Of a stretch of 64,000 nt of DNA, positions 29,526 through 37,849 are shown piece after piece. This stretch comes from Pseudomonas aeruginosa PAO1. Lineage in GTDB: Bacteria > Pseudomonadota > Gammaproteobacteria > Pseudomonadales > Pseudomonadaceae. The notes beneath the pieces were generated by a model that worked only from the letters and a program-made list of their open reading frames with translations, had not been told where the DNA came from and made no database searches. The stretch is from assembly GCF_000006765.1 (NCBI RefSeq), contig NC_002516.2; one strand, given 5' to 3'. Every line of letters begins with the position of its first letter. Within the stretch, counting starts at the first letter, position 1. A program made the translations under genes and the position numbers.

Positions 29526-29545
29526 GCCTACCAGATCCGGCAGCT
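29526..29545 (+). promoter_or_regulatory. las/rhl box upstream of sRNA sibling 4
   Basis: GCCTACCAGATCCGGCAGCT fits CT-N12-AG; -10 TAAGCT at 29567-72 centres the box near -43. Confidence 0.65.
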
Positions 29546-29578
29546 TCATCGAAACCGCCGCCGACATAAGCTGTGGGC

Positions 29579-29633
29579 GCTGTACATCCCTGGATCCTTT
29601 CCCGGCCTGCTCCACGCGGCCGGGATTTTTTTT
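29579..29633 (+). ncRNA. Candidate sRNA, sibling 4
   Basis: TCCCGGCC[TGCTCCACGC]GGCCGGGA plus T8; near copy of the sibling 3 terminator with a compensatory base change. Confidence 0.65.
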
Positions 29634-29728
29634 GCCCTCTTCACCCTTGCGCCGACTGCGGACGCCAGGCTGGCCTTCAGCCTGTCCGGCAGCTATACCG
29701 AAAGTCTCCACCGTGATCAGGATCCAGT

Positions 29729-30754
29729 ATGCTCGCCTGCCCCCTCCCTCCCGACGAAGCCCTGCGCCAGCAGGCCCTGGACGACATGGCGCTGGTCGAC
29801 ACCCCCGCCGAACACTACCTGGACGCCCTGGTGGAACTGGCGCGGGAAACCTTCGGGGTGAAGACCGTGCTGATCAGTCTGATCGACCACGACCGCCAAT
29901 GGTTCAAGGCCCGTATCGGCCTGGATGCCGAACAGACGCCGCGCGACCTGTCCTTCTGCGGCCACGCCATCCTGGCCAGCGAACCGCTGATGGTGACGGA
30001 CGCCTCCAGGGATCCGCGTTTTCACGACAATCCGCTGGTCACCGGGCCGCCCTTCATCCGCTTCTACGCCGGCGAGCCCCTGCACGCCAGCAATGGCCAG
30101 GCCATCGGCACACTCTGCCTGATCGACCCGAGCCCGCGGCTGCTGGATCTCCGGGAAGGACGCCAGCTCAATCGACTGTCGATCCTGGCCGAAGGATATC
30201 TCCAGCTACGCAGCCTCACCGAGCACACCCGCTTCCTGCGCCAGGAGATCGACCGGGAGCAGCGCAAGTCACTGCTCGACCCCCTCACCCAATTGTGGAA
30301 CCGGGCCGGCTTCCACGCGCTGCACCAGCATGAACTGGAGTTGGCGCGGGCCAGCGACCAGCGCATCGGCATCATCTACAGCGATATCGACCATTTCAAA
30401 CGTATCAACGACACCCTGGGGCACCGGGCCGGCGACAGCGTCCTCCGCGAGGCGGCTTCGCGACTGCGCGCGGCGCTGCGGCCGGAAGATCTCCTGGCGC
30501 GTTTCGGCGGCGAGGAGTTCGTGGCGATGGTCCGGGTCCGCGAGACCACGGAACTGACCATGATCGCCAATCGCATCCGCGAACTGATGGAAGCGACCCC
30601 GATCGACTGTGCCGGCACGTCCGTGCCAGTGACCATCAGTGCCGGCTGTACCCTGGCCGGCAGCGGCGAAGAACCGGAACGGGCACTCGCCCGGGCGGAT
30701 GCCGCGCTGTACGACGCCAAGCGTGCCGGACGCAACCGGGTGGTCAGCGTCTGA
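29729..30754 (+). CDS. GAF-GGDEF diguanylate cyclase
   Basis: N-terminal GAF (SFCGHAI, IRFYAG); DPLTQLWNR, DIDHFKRINDTLGHRAGD, ARFGGEEF. Confidence 0.95.
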   Translation: MLACPLPPDEALRQQALDDMALVDTPAEHYLDALVELARETFGVKTVLISLIDHDRQWFKARIGLDAEQTPRDLSFCGHAILASEPLMVTDASRDPRFHDNPLVTGPPFIRFYAGEPLHASNGQAIGTLCLIDPSPRLLDLREGRQLNRLSILAEGYLQLRSLTEHTRFLRQEIDREQRKSLLDPLTQLWNRAGFHALHQHELELARASDQRIGIIYSDIDHFKRINDTLGHRAGDSVLREAASRLRAALRPEDLLARFGGEEFVAMVRVRETTELTMIANRIRELMEATPIDCAGTSVPVTISAGCTLAGSGEEPERALARADAALYDAKRAGRNRVVSV

Positions 30755-30760
30755 CCAGGG

Positions 30761-30982
30761 CTAGTCCTCCAGCCCTGCGCAATCGGCGCAGATAGAGAAA
30801 CCCTCGCTATCGACTGGCACCTGGACCGCGTCGCAATATTCGCAGGAACGTCGCCTGCCGGTTCCGCAGGCATCGGGCTCGTCGAGCGCGCCGAACGTAT
30901 CTTCGTCACGCTCGTCCTCGAGGTAATCGTTATCCAGCAGGTGATCGTGTTCGGGTTCGTGAATATCGTCTTCGTCGCTCAT
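30761..30982 (-). CDS. 73-aa acidic protein with a C-terminal four-Cys Zn-ribbon-like motif
   Basis: MSDEDDIHEPEHDH...CEYC...CADC. Confidence 0.65.
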   Translation of the reverse strand: MSDEDDIHEPEHDHLLDNDYLEDERDEDTFGALDEPDACGTGRRRSCEYCDAVQVPVDSEGFSICADCAGLED

Positions 30983-31245
30983 CTTCGACTGCCTGCCGGC
31001 TGCGTGAGGCGGTCTTATAAAGGCAGCGACAGCGCCCGTCAACGGCTCAACCCAGGTACAGACGCAGTTGCAGCCGGATTCGCTCCGGCTCGCCGTCGAT
31101 CGGCGCAGGGCGACTGTCGAATCGCTGGGCGCCCTGGACCATGTAGAACGCTTAGGCATGCAAATCGGCTCCTCCCCCTGCCTCATTGCACTAGAATCGC
31201 CCGGCGCAGCGCCTGCGCCCTCAAGCCTCTTTCGTAGAAAACACC

Positions 31246-31416
31246 ATGAGCAAACTGCAACATATCGGCCTGTTCCTGTTCGTTCTTCTTTCCGCCGGCC
31301 TGGCGCTCGGCTACCGAGTCGACTGCCCGGACGGCAGCCATGTCGAGACCTACCTGCTTCGCGGCCTGGGCGCGCGCCTCCTCGGCAACGATCTCTGCGA
31401 GCAGGCAGCGCCCTGA
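31246..31416 (+). CDS. 56-aa exported or membrane small protein (not in ORF track)
   Basis: MSKLQHIGLFLFVLLSAGLALGYRVDCPDGSHVETYLLRGLGARLLGNDLCEQAAP; weak SD. Confidence 0.5.
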   Translation: MSKLQHIGLFLFVLLSAGLALGYRVDCPDGSHVETYLLRGLGARLLGNDLCEQAAP

Positions 31417-31508
31417 CGCCGGGCGTTCCCGGATCCGACGGCGCCCGCCTATCGAGCCGGCAAGCCTCCGCCAACGCCAAGCCTTGCCGAAGCGATGGGC
31501 CACCAGCG

Positions 31509-32036
31509 CTAACCGGCCAGTTGCAACCAGAGCGAAAACACGCCCAGCGCACACCAGAAGCCGGCGAACAAGAACGGCACGCGTCGCGAGAACAGCAAGG
31601 TTTTCTCGAAGCTGCCGCGGTTGACCTCGCGTTCGCTGAACAATGGCGAATCATCGTAGGCCAGGCCGATCTCCGGATCGCTGTGCAACAGGCAGGACTG
31701 CTTGAACTGCCAGTGGCAGATGATCTCCGAGGATGCCTGGATGCCCGGCCAGGCATGCAGGGAATTGACGATCCCGAGCAGTGCCAGGAGCGCCGGCACC
31801 ACCAGGGTGAACAGCTCGCCCCAGGCCGGGTTCAGGTTGGCCATCGATGAGGCATAGGCGATGACGAGGAACGACTGCGCCGTCAGGTAGGCGTTGGTCC
31901 GACTGGATAGCTGGCCCGTCTCGTAGTGGATTTCCCGCCGGTAGAAGTCCAGCCGCTCCTTGGGTGAACAGAAGATCCGGACATCGGATTCTTGCGACAA
32001 CGGCCCTCCGGGCATGATCAACCTGGACACAAGCAC
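31509..32036 (-). CDS. Membrane protein (start 32036 or ATG 32015)
   Basis: EIHYETGQLSSRTNAYLTAQSFL followed by TM helices. Confidence 0.75.
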   Translation of the reverse strand: MLVSRLIMPGGPLSQESDVRIFCSPKERLDFYRREIHYETGQLSSRTNAYLTAQSFLVIAYASSMANLNPAWGELFTLVVPALLALLGIVNSLHAWPGIQASSEIICHWQFKQSCLLHSDPEIGLAYDDSPLFSEREVNRGSFEKTLLFSRRVPFLFAGFWCALGVFSLWLQLAG

Positions 32037-32228
32037 GACACCTCGAACGAGTGGATGGGCTTGTTTGGAAAGAACCGATCCACGCCGGTTCGGAATCTCC
32101 GACGACCGTTCCCCGCGCCGGTAACGATTTCCGCCACCGCCCCGCTGGCCATGGAACTCAACGGAGCCCTGGCCGCCGCACGCCTGCGCAAGGTAAAAAG
32201 GGCGATCCTCCCGGATCGCCCTCCTGCA

Positions 32229-32816
32229 TCAGAACAACGCCCCCAGGTAAGCCGCCGCGCCGCCGCCGAACTGTGCACCGACGTTGACCCCGGCCATCAA
32301 CAGGGCGCCACGGGACGATTGCAGTAATTGCCGCGACATGCTGGCGCCCAGCGCGGCGGTCAATGGCGAGGCGCTCGCCAGCGCCACCGCCGCCAGCAGC
32401 TTGGGATCGAGGCCGAAGAGGATCGCCGTGCCCGAACCGCCGGCGATGACTCCCGCGCCGAGTTCGACGTACATGCAGGGCCCGGTGAAGTCGCCGCGGG
32501 ACAGGTCGCGCCCCACCAGGCCGTCCGCGACCAAGACGGTTCCGGTGCTCGGCAACGCCTCCAGCGCACCGGCCCCGCCAACGCTCTTGCCCTTGACATT
32601 GAGGTTGACCTTGCCGAAGCGCGGCAGGCGCATGCCCAGTCCGATCCCGCCGCCCACCCCGCCATAGCGGAAGGACACGTTCTCACCCTCCGGCGAGAGC
32701 AACGTGATGGAGCCGCCGCTACCCGCCAGGAAGGCCACGGTCATGCCTCCGCCACTGGCCGTCACGTAGCGCCAGCGACTCTCGTTGAGGGGCAAGGGAA
32801 TGGGAAGTTGCGACAT
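32229..32816 (-). CDS. tse4: H1-T6SS pore-forming effector Tse4
   Basis: 195 aa from ATG 32816; Gly-zipper-rich (GGVGGGIG, GAQFGGGAAAYLG); syntenic with PA2774. Confidence 0.8.
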   Translation of the reverse strand: MSQLPIPLPLNESRWRYVTASGGGMTVAFLAGSGGSITLLSPEGENVSFRYGGVGGGIGLGMRLPRFGKVNLNVKGKSVGGAGALEALPSTGTVLVADGLVGRDLSRGDFTGPCMYVELGAGVIAGGSGTAILFGLDPKLLAAVALASASPLTAALGASMSRQLLQSSRGALLMAGVNVGAQFGGGAAAYLGALF

Positions 32817-32820
32817 GACT

Positions 32821-33279
32821 TCAATGTCCTTTTGAGGTCGGTTGGGAAGAACGCAGGCCCAGCAATCCCCTGAACCCGACAATACCGAAGAGTGCGCCGA
32901 AGCCGCAGAGGAAAGCGCCGGTTCCCCAGAGCGCGCCGGCATCGTCGACTATCGCGCTGGCCGCCGGCCGCCCAGCCTCGTAGAGGACGCGAACCGGCTC
33001 GCCCACCTGGTAGCCGAAGATGAAGCCGCCCTGGGGATAGGAAATCCGCTCGCCGGAAACGCTGGTGAAATCGATCTGCGGATGCGAACCGCCGGCATTC
33101 AAGGCGCTGACCGTCCCCTGGGCTTCCTGCGCAGTACGCAGGAAATGGTACCGCTCGACGGTCTTGAAACCGCCGGCGAGCAGGAGACCGAGTCCGAGCA
33201 GGGAAAAAAGGGAAGCGTGAAGAAGTCCGCCGATACGCGAACCGGAAGAGGTCGTCATGAGCCTTGTCGCCTGAATCAT
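32821..33279 (-). CDS. tsi4: Tse4 immunity protein (two TM, DUF3592-like)
   Basis: Immediately upstream of tse4; TM-periplasmic-TM layout. Confidence 0.75.
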   Translation of the reverse strand: MIQATRLMTTSSGSRIGGLLHASLFSLLGLGLLLAGGFKTVERYHFLRTAQEAQGTVSALNAGGSHPQIDFTSVSGERISYPQGGFIFGYQVGEPVRVLYEAGRPAASAIVDDAGALWGTGAFLCGFGALFGIVGFRGLLGLRSSQPTSKGH

Positions 33280-33393
33280 CCGTGAAGGCGCTAGGGTCGG
33301 AAAAGACCGCCCCCGCTGTCAATAGCGGCTATGCGATGAAGCGCGAGCCCAGGCGAGCACGGGCCGAGCGGCCTTTTTCGGGGCGCAAACGAA

Positions 33394-33421
33394 GAAAGGC
33401 GACCCTTTCGGATCGCCTTTC
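33394..33421 (-). terminator. Terminator after tRNA-Val
   Basis: GAAAGGCGATCC-GAAA-GGGTCGCCTTTC-TT. Confidence 0.75.
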
Positions 33422-33449
33422 TTGCCCCGCCAGCAGCGCGGGATTTGTT

Positions 33450-33526
33450 TGGTAGGCACGATTGGATTCGAACCAACGACCCCCACCATGTCAAGGTGGT
33501 GCTCTAACCAACTGAGCTACGTGCCT
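33450..33526 (-). tRNA. tRNA-Val(GAC)
   Basis: AGGCACGTAGCTCAGTTGGTTAGAGC-ACCACC-TTGACAT-GGTGG...GGTTCGAATCC...CCTACCA; 77 nt with CCA. Confidence 0.98.
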
Positions 33527-33539
33527 GCTGATGGCGCGC

Positions 33540-33567
33540 ATTCTACAGACCCCAAAAACACCGTCAA
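33540..33567 (-). promoter_or_regulatory. sigma70 stable-RNA promoter of tRNA-Val
   Basis: TTGACG-16 bp-TAGAAT followed by the GC-rich discriminator GCGCGCC; AT-rich upstream. Confidence 0.8.
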
Positions 33568-33709
33568 GCTTTTTTTTCGCTAACTCTCTGAAAAAGTGGA
33601 ATTTTTATTTTCTGGGGGTCCGTTGAAAATTTTGCACGGAGGCTAGCCGGCCGATTTCGACTCGGGTAGCATCCGGGCATCCGTAAAAAATAAAAAACAG
33701 AGGTGCAAG

Positions 33710-34993
33710 ATGCCGCACACCCCCTACCCCTCCTCCTATTACGCCGCGTCGGCCAATCCCGCGCCGCCCCGCCCGGAACTCCAGGGCGAGGTCGAAACCG
33801 ACGTCTGCGTGATCGGTGCCGGCTATACCGGCCTCTCCACCGCCCTGTTCCTGTTGGAGAATGGTTTCAAGGTCACCGTACTGGAAGCCGCCAAGGTCGG
33901 CTTCGGCGCTTCCGGGCGCAACGGCGGCCAGATCGTCAACAGCTACAGCCGCGACATCGACGTGATCGAGCGCACCGTCGGCAAGCGCGAAGCGCAGTTG
34001 CTCGGCGAGATGGCCTTCGAAGGCGGGCGCATCATCCGCGAGCGCGTGGCCCGCTACGGTATCCAATGCGACCTGAAGGACGGCGGGGTGTTCGCCGCCT
34101 TCACCGAGAAGCAGATGGATCACCTGCGCGCGCAGAAACAGTTGTGGGAACGCTACGGCCACAACCAGTTGGAGATCATGGACGCCAAGCGCATCCGCGA
34201 GGTGGTGGCGACCGACAACTATATAGGTGGCATGCTCGACATGAGCGGCGGCCACATCCATCCGCTGAACCTCGCCCTCGGCGAAGCGGCGGCGGTGGAG
34301 TCGCTCGGCGGCAGAATCTACGAGCAGAGCCCGGCGACCCGCATCGAGCGCGGCGCCAGCCCGGTGGTGCATACCCCGCAAGGCAAGGTGAAAGCGAAGT
34401 TCATCGTGGTCGCCGGTAACGCCTACCTCAACGGCCTGGTCCCGGAACTGGCGGCCAAGTCGATGCCCTGCGGCACCCAGGTGATCACCACCGAGCCGCT
34501 GAACGAGGAACTGGCCCACAGCCTGCTGCCGCAGGACTACTGCGTGGAAGACTGCAATTACCTGCTCGACTACTATCGCCTCTCCGGCGACAAGCGCCTG
34601 ATCTATGGTGGCGGCGTGATCTATGGCGCTCGTGATCCGGCGGACATCGAGGCGATCATCCGGCCGAAGATGCTCAAGACCTTCCCGCAACTGAAGGACG
34701 TGAAGATCGACTTCGCCTGGACCGGCAACTTCCTGCTGACCCTCTCGCGCCTGCCCCAGGTCGGCCGCATCGGCGACAACATCTACTATTCCCAGGGTTG
34801 CAGCGGCCACGGCGTGACCTACACCCACGTCGCCGGCAAGGTCCTGGCCGAAGCCCTGCGCGGCCAGGCCGAGCGCTTCGACGCTTTCGCCGGCCTGCCG
34901 CACTACCCCTTCCCCGGCGGCAAGCTGTTCCGCGTACCGTTCACCGCCATCGGCGCCTGGTACTACAGCCTGCGCGACAAGCTCGGGGTCTAG
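33710..34993 (+). CDS. pauB3: FAD-dependent gamma-glutamyl-polyamine oxidoreductase (PuuB/PauB type)
   Basis: IGAGYTGLS, GFGASGRNGGQ, GHIHPLNL, YSQGCSGHG; paralog number assigned from synteny. Confidence 0.8.
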   Translation: MPHTPYPSSYYAASANPAPPRPELQGEVETDVCVIGAGYTGLSTALFLLENGFKVTVLEAAKVGFGASGRNGGQIVNSYSRDIDVIERTVGKREAQLLGEMAFEGGRIIRERVARYGIQCDLKDGGVFAAFTEKQMDHLRAQKQLWERYGHNQLEIMDAKRIREVVATDNYIGGMLDMSGGHIHPLNLALGEAAAVESLGGRIYEQSPATRIERGASPVVHTPQGKVKAKFIVVAGNAYLNGLVPELAAKSMPCGTQVITTEPLNEELAHSLLPQDYCVEDCNYLLDYYRLSGDKRLIYGGGVIYGARDPADIEAIIRPKMLKTFPQLKDVKIDFAWTGNFLLTLSRLPQVGRIGDNIYYSQGCSGHGVTYTHVAGKVLAEALRGQAERFDAFAGLPHYPFPGGKLFRVPFTAIGAWYYSLRDKLGV

Positions 34994-35043
34994 TCCGCGT
35001 CGACAGAACGGCACCCCGGGGTGCCGTTTTTTCCATCCGCGCC

Positions 35044-36009
35044 TCAACCTTCGCTACGGATCTGCGCATGACTGATCAGGGCGAAGATCAGGCTACCGCC
35101 GACGATGTTGCCGCCCAGGGTAGGCAGGGCGAACTTCAGCAGGAACTCGGCCCAGCCGATTTCCCCGGCGAACGCCAGGTAGCCTACCTCCGCCGAGCCC
35201 ACCACGATGTGGGTGAAGCTGCCCAGCGCCATCAGGTAGGTGACCATCGCGATGATCCAGATCTTCGCGCCCTCCGCCGCCGGGATCAGCCAGACCATGG
35301 TGGCGATCATCCAGCCGGAAACGATGCCCTTGGCGAACATTTGCGCCAGGTCGTTGTGCATCACCTCGCGGCCGATCTCAAGGAACGCCGCGTCGGCCGC
35401 TTCATTGAATATCGGCAGATGCAGCACCGCCCAGGCGAACAGCAGCGTACCGACGATATTGCCGAACAGCACCACGCTCCAGAGACGCAACAGTTGCCAG
35501 GCCTTTTCCAGGGTCGGCTCGGTCATCACCGGCAACACGGCGGTCAGGGTGTTTTCGGTGAACAGTTGCTGGCGGGCGAGGATCACTGCCAGGAAGCCCA
35601 TGGGATAGCCGAAGCTGCTGACGATGATCGCCCACTCCTGCTCGGGCAAGGCAGCGCGGAACAGGCCCATGCCCATCAACGAGAGGCCGATGGTCAGCCC
35701 CGCGGCCACCGCCGACCACCAGAGTGCCGCCAGCGTGCGCTGCAACTCGTGTTCGCCCTGGACGCGAATCACCTCGTGCAGGACAGCGGCGCGCGGTGGC
35801 TGCTTGTCGTCGATCTCCCGCCGCTCGTTGGCGGTCAGCGCCGTGGCCGAACGTCCGTCGGCCGGTTTCTCTTTCCGCTCCTCGCCGCGCGCACGCGGCT
35901 TGCGCGTGCCCTCCGCCGCATGCCCCTGGCGCTTGCCCGCCGCACCGCCCTTGGCCGGTTGCCGGGGGGTGGGGGGCGAAGTCCGCTTGTCGTTGGCCAT
36001 GTTCTGCAC
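35044..36009 (-). CDS. Formate/nitrite transporter family (YfdC-like)
   Basis: QQLFTENT, FTHIVVGS, TLGGNIVGG. Confidence 0.88.
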   Translation of the reverse strand: MQNMANDKRTSPPTPRQPAKGGAAGKRQGHAAEGTRKPRARGEERKEKPADGRSATALTANERREIDDKQPPRAAVLHEVIRVQGEHELQRTLAALWWSAVAAGLTIGLSLMGMGLFRAALPEQEWAIIVSSFGYPMGFLAVILARQQLFTENTLTAVLPVMTEPTLEKAWQLLRLWSVVLFGNIVGTLLFAWAVLHLPIFNEAADAAFLEIGREVMHNDLAQMFAKGIVSGWMIATMVWLIPAAEGAKIWIIAMVTYLMALGSFTHIVVGSAEVGYLAFAGEIGWAEFLLKFALPTLGGNIVGGSLIFALISHAQIRSEG

Positions 36010-36081
36010 CTGAGTGGGGTCCTCCCAGGTATAGAGCCGTCTCGCTGGAACGGGGTTCCGACAACCTTCGGCTCCGCCGCC

Positions 36082-37047
36082 TCAGCGGGGCGGTGCGCCA
36101 ACGGGACAGGCCGGCAGCTCGGCGCACCGAGCCGCGGGTGCGACGGCCTGCGGCAAGGCCGCAGCGAAGCGGGCTTCCCCAGGCTGCAATGCCCGCGCGC
36201 AGGCCTGCGCCTGGCGCGCCGGCGCCGCGCAACCGCGTTCCGCCAGCAACTGGGACAGGTTGAACCAACCCGCGGCGAAATCCACGCGACGCTCGACGCT
36301 GGTGAGCATGGCCTGTTCGGCAGCGGCGGAATCGCCTGCGGCGTAGCGACTGTTGCCCAGGGCAAACCAGGCGAAGGCGTCCTCAGGCCAGCGTCGCACG
36401 GCTTCTTCGTAGGCGCGCCGGGCAACCTTGGGGTGGCCGGTTTCCTCGCTGTCACTGGCGGCCTTGAGCCACGGGACCGCCGCTGCCGTGGCCGGCAGGC
36501 GGTCACCCGGCAGGGTCAGCACCGCCCAGCGCCCCGAACGCTTCCAGGTCGACTCGAAGCTGGTGAAGTCGGTAACCCAGCGCCGGGTGATGCCCGAGCG
36601 CAGCACCAGTTCGCGGCGCTCCCGATCGAAACCGACCACCACCGCGAAGTGCCAGCGCGGCCACCAGGAGAAAGCCTGGTTCTGTAACACCAGCACCGGG
36701 TTGCCCGCCGCGACCTCCTCGAGCACGCTCTCCAGTCCGCCTTGCAGCGGATAGACCAGCATACCGTGGCGGCGCGCCGCGGCGACCATCTCCAATTGCA
36801 GGCTGCCCTCGCGACCGGGAATGAACACCTCGTCCTTCAATTGCCCCGGCGTCAACGCCAGGCCGCGCTGGCCAAGCATCGTGGCCAGCGCGGCGGGACC
36901 GCACTGGTAGGCTTCCTGGGGGAAGAACGGCACTTCGCGCAGCTCCACCCGTGCGGGCAGCACCGCGCTTTCCGGCGGCAGTCTCGGCGGCTGCGCGCAG
37001 CCGCCGAGCATTGCGGAGACCAGCAGTGCCCCTGCCAGCCGCCTCAC
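36082..37047 (-). CDS. PA2778-family C39-like cysteine peptidase lipoprotein with a TPR-like C-terminus
   Basis: GTGA overlap with the upstream gene; MLGGC lipobox; VPFFPQEAYQCGPAALA, WHFAVVVGFD. Confidence 0.85.
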   Translation of the reverse strand: MRRLAGALLVSAMLGGCAQPPRLPPESAVLPARVELREVPFFPQEAYQCGPAALATMLGQRGLALTPGQLKDEVFIPGREGSLQLEMVAAARRHGMLVYPLQGGLESVLEEVAAGNPVLVLQNQAFSWWPRWHFAVVVGFDRERRELVLRSGITRRWVTDFTSFESTWKRSGRWAVLTLPGDRLPATAAAVPWLKAASDSEETGHPKVARRAYEEAVRRWPEDAFAWFALGNSRYAAGDSAAAEQAMLTSVERRVDFAAGWFNLSQLLAERGCAAPARQAQACARALQPGEARFAAALPQAVAPAARCAELPACPVGAPPR

Positions 37048-37442
37048 CGATTGATGCATTTGATGAAGCTGAAGATATCCGTGGCGCAAAGCATGTCGGT
37101 GATGATGAAGATCACCAGGAACAACACGATGATGCCGATGATGCCGCCCGCCGGCGCCTGGTCCAGCTGCTGGTTGAACTGCGCCAGCTCGGCGTTGGTC
37201 AGGCTGTTGATGCGACTCGCCACCTGGTCGCGGGGCACGCCCATGGCCTCCAGCTTCTTCTGGACGCCCTGGTCGTCGAGCATCTTCAGCAGTTGCTGGC
37301 GATCGAGGTTGTGCTGTTGTTGCTGCATGACTTCCGCAGTACCGATCATCGCTGCCTGGGCGAGCGGAACCTCGGCGAAGGTGAGCAGGTGCAGCGCTGC
37401 CAGGACGGCAGCGACACGGCGGATGCTTGTTGTTGTTCTCAT
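37044..37442 (-). CDS. PA2779-family protein (signal peptide, helical middle, GG, hydrophobic tail)
   Basis: MRTTTSIRR...AQA; LTNAELAQ...PAGG-IIGIIVLFLVIFIITDMLCATDIFSFIKCINR. Confidence 0.85.
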   Translation of the reverse strand: MRTTTSIRRVAAVLAALHLLTFAEVPLAQAAMIGTAEVMQQQQHNLDRQQLLKMLDDQGVQKKLEAMGVPRDQVASRINSLTNAELAQFNQQLDQAPAGGIIGIIVLFLVIFIITDMLCATDIFSFIKCINR

Positions 37443-37849
37443 GGGAATGACCTCTGCGTGAAACCCGGCTATTAGTCCTGGAAGGCGAGGCTTGGTTCCG
37501 CAACGCCCACCTTTCCTGAGTATCGTCCCGATCGCCGTTTTCCGCCGCCTCGGCGCCGATGCCCGCCCCTCTGGCGAGACGACGACCCGCCGCCCCCAGG
37601 CGACGAAACGGCGTCCGCCTTTATGCAATTCGCATATACTCCGGCTCGCCGCGAGAAAACCGGAGCATGCGCGATCTCGGCGACATCGACGCATATCCCC
37701 GCCGCAGCCTCGTACACGGCGTCGAAACCGCGCGCCGCCCCGGACGACAGAGCCTCCGGCACGGCGAAAACTAAGGATTCCTGAGCTTCCATCTTGTCCA
37801 GATTTGCCCAACCTTGAGCGAGCGGGCCAACGGGACGGGAGTTGTATGG

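Noticed and set aside
29519-29533. AATCGCGCCTACCA resembles the tRNA-Val 3' end (AATCGTGCCTACCA)
   Set aside because: It is inverted relative to the tRNA, so it cannot be an att direct repeat. It overlaps the las-type box and is probably coincidental.
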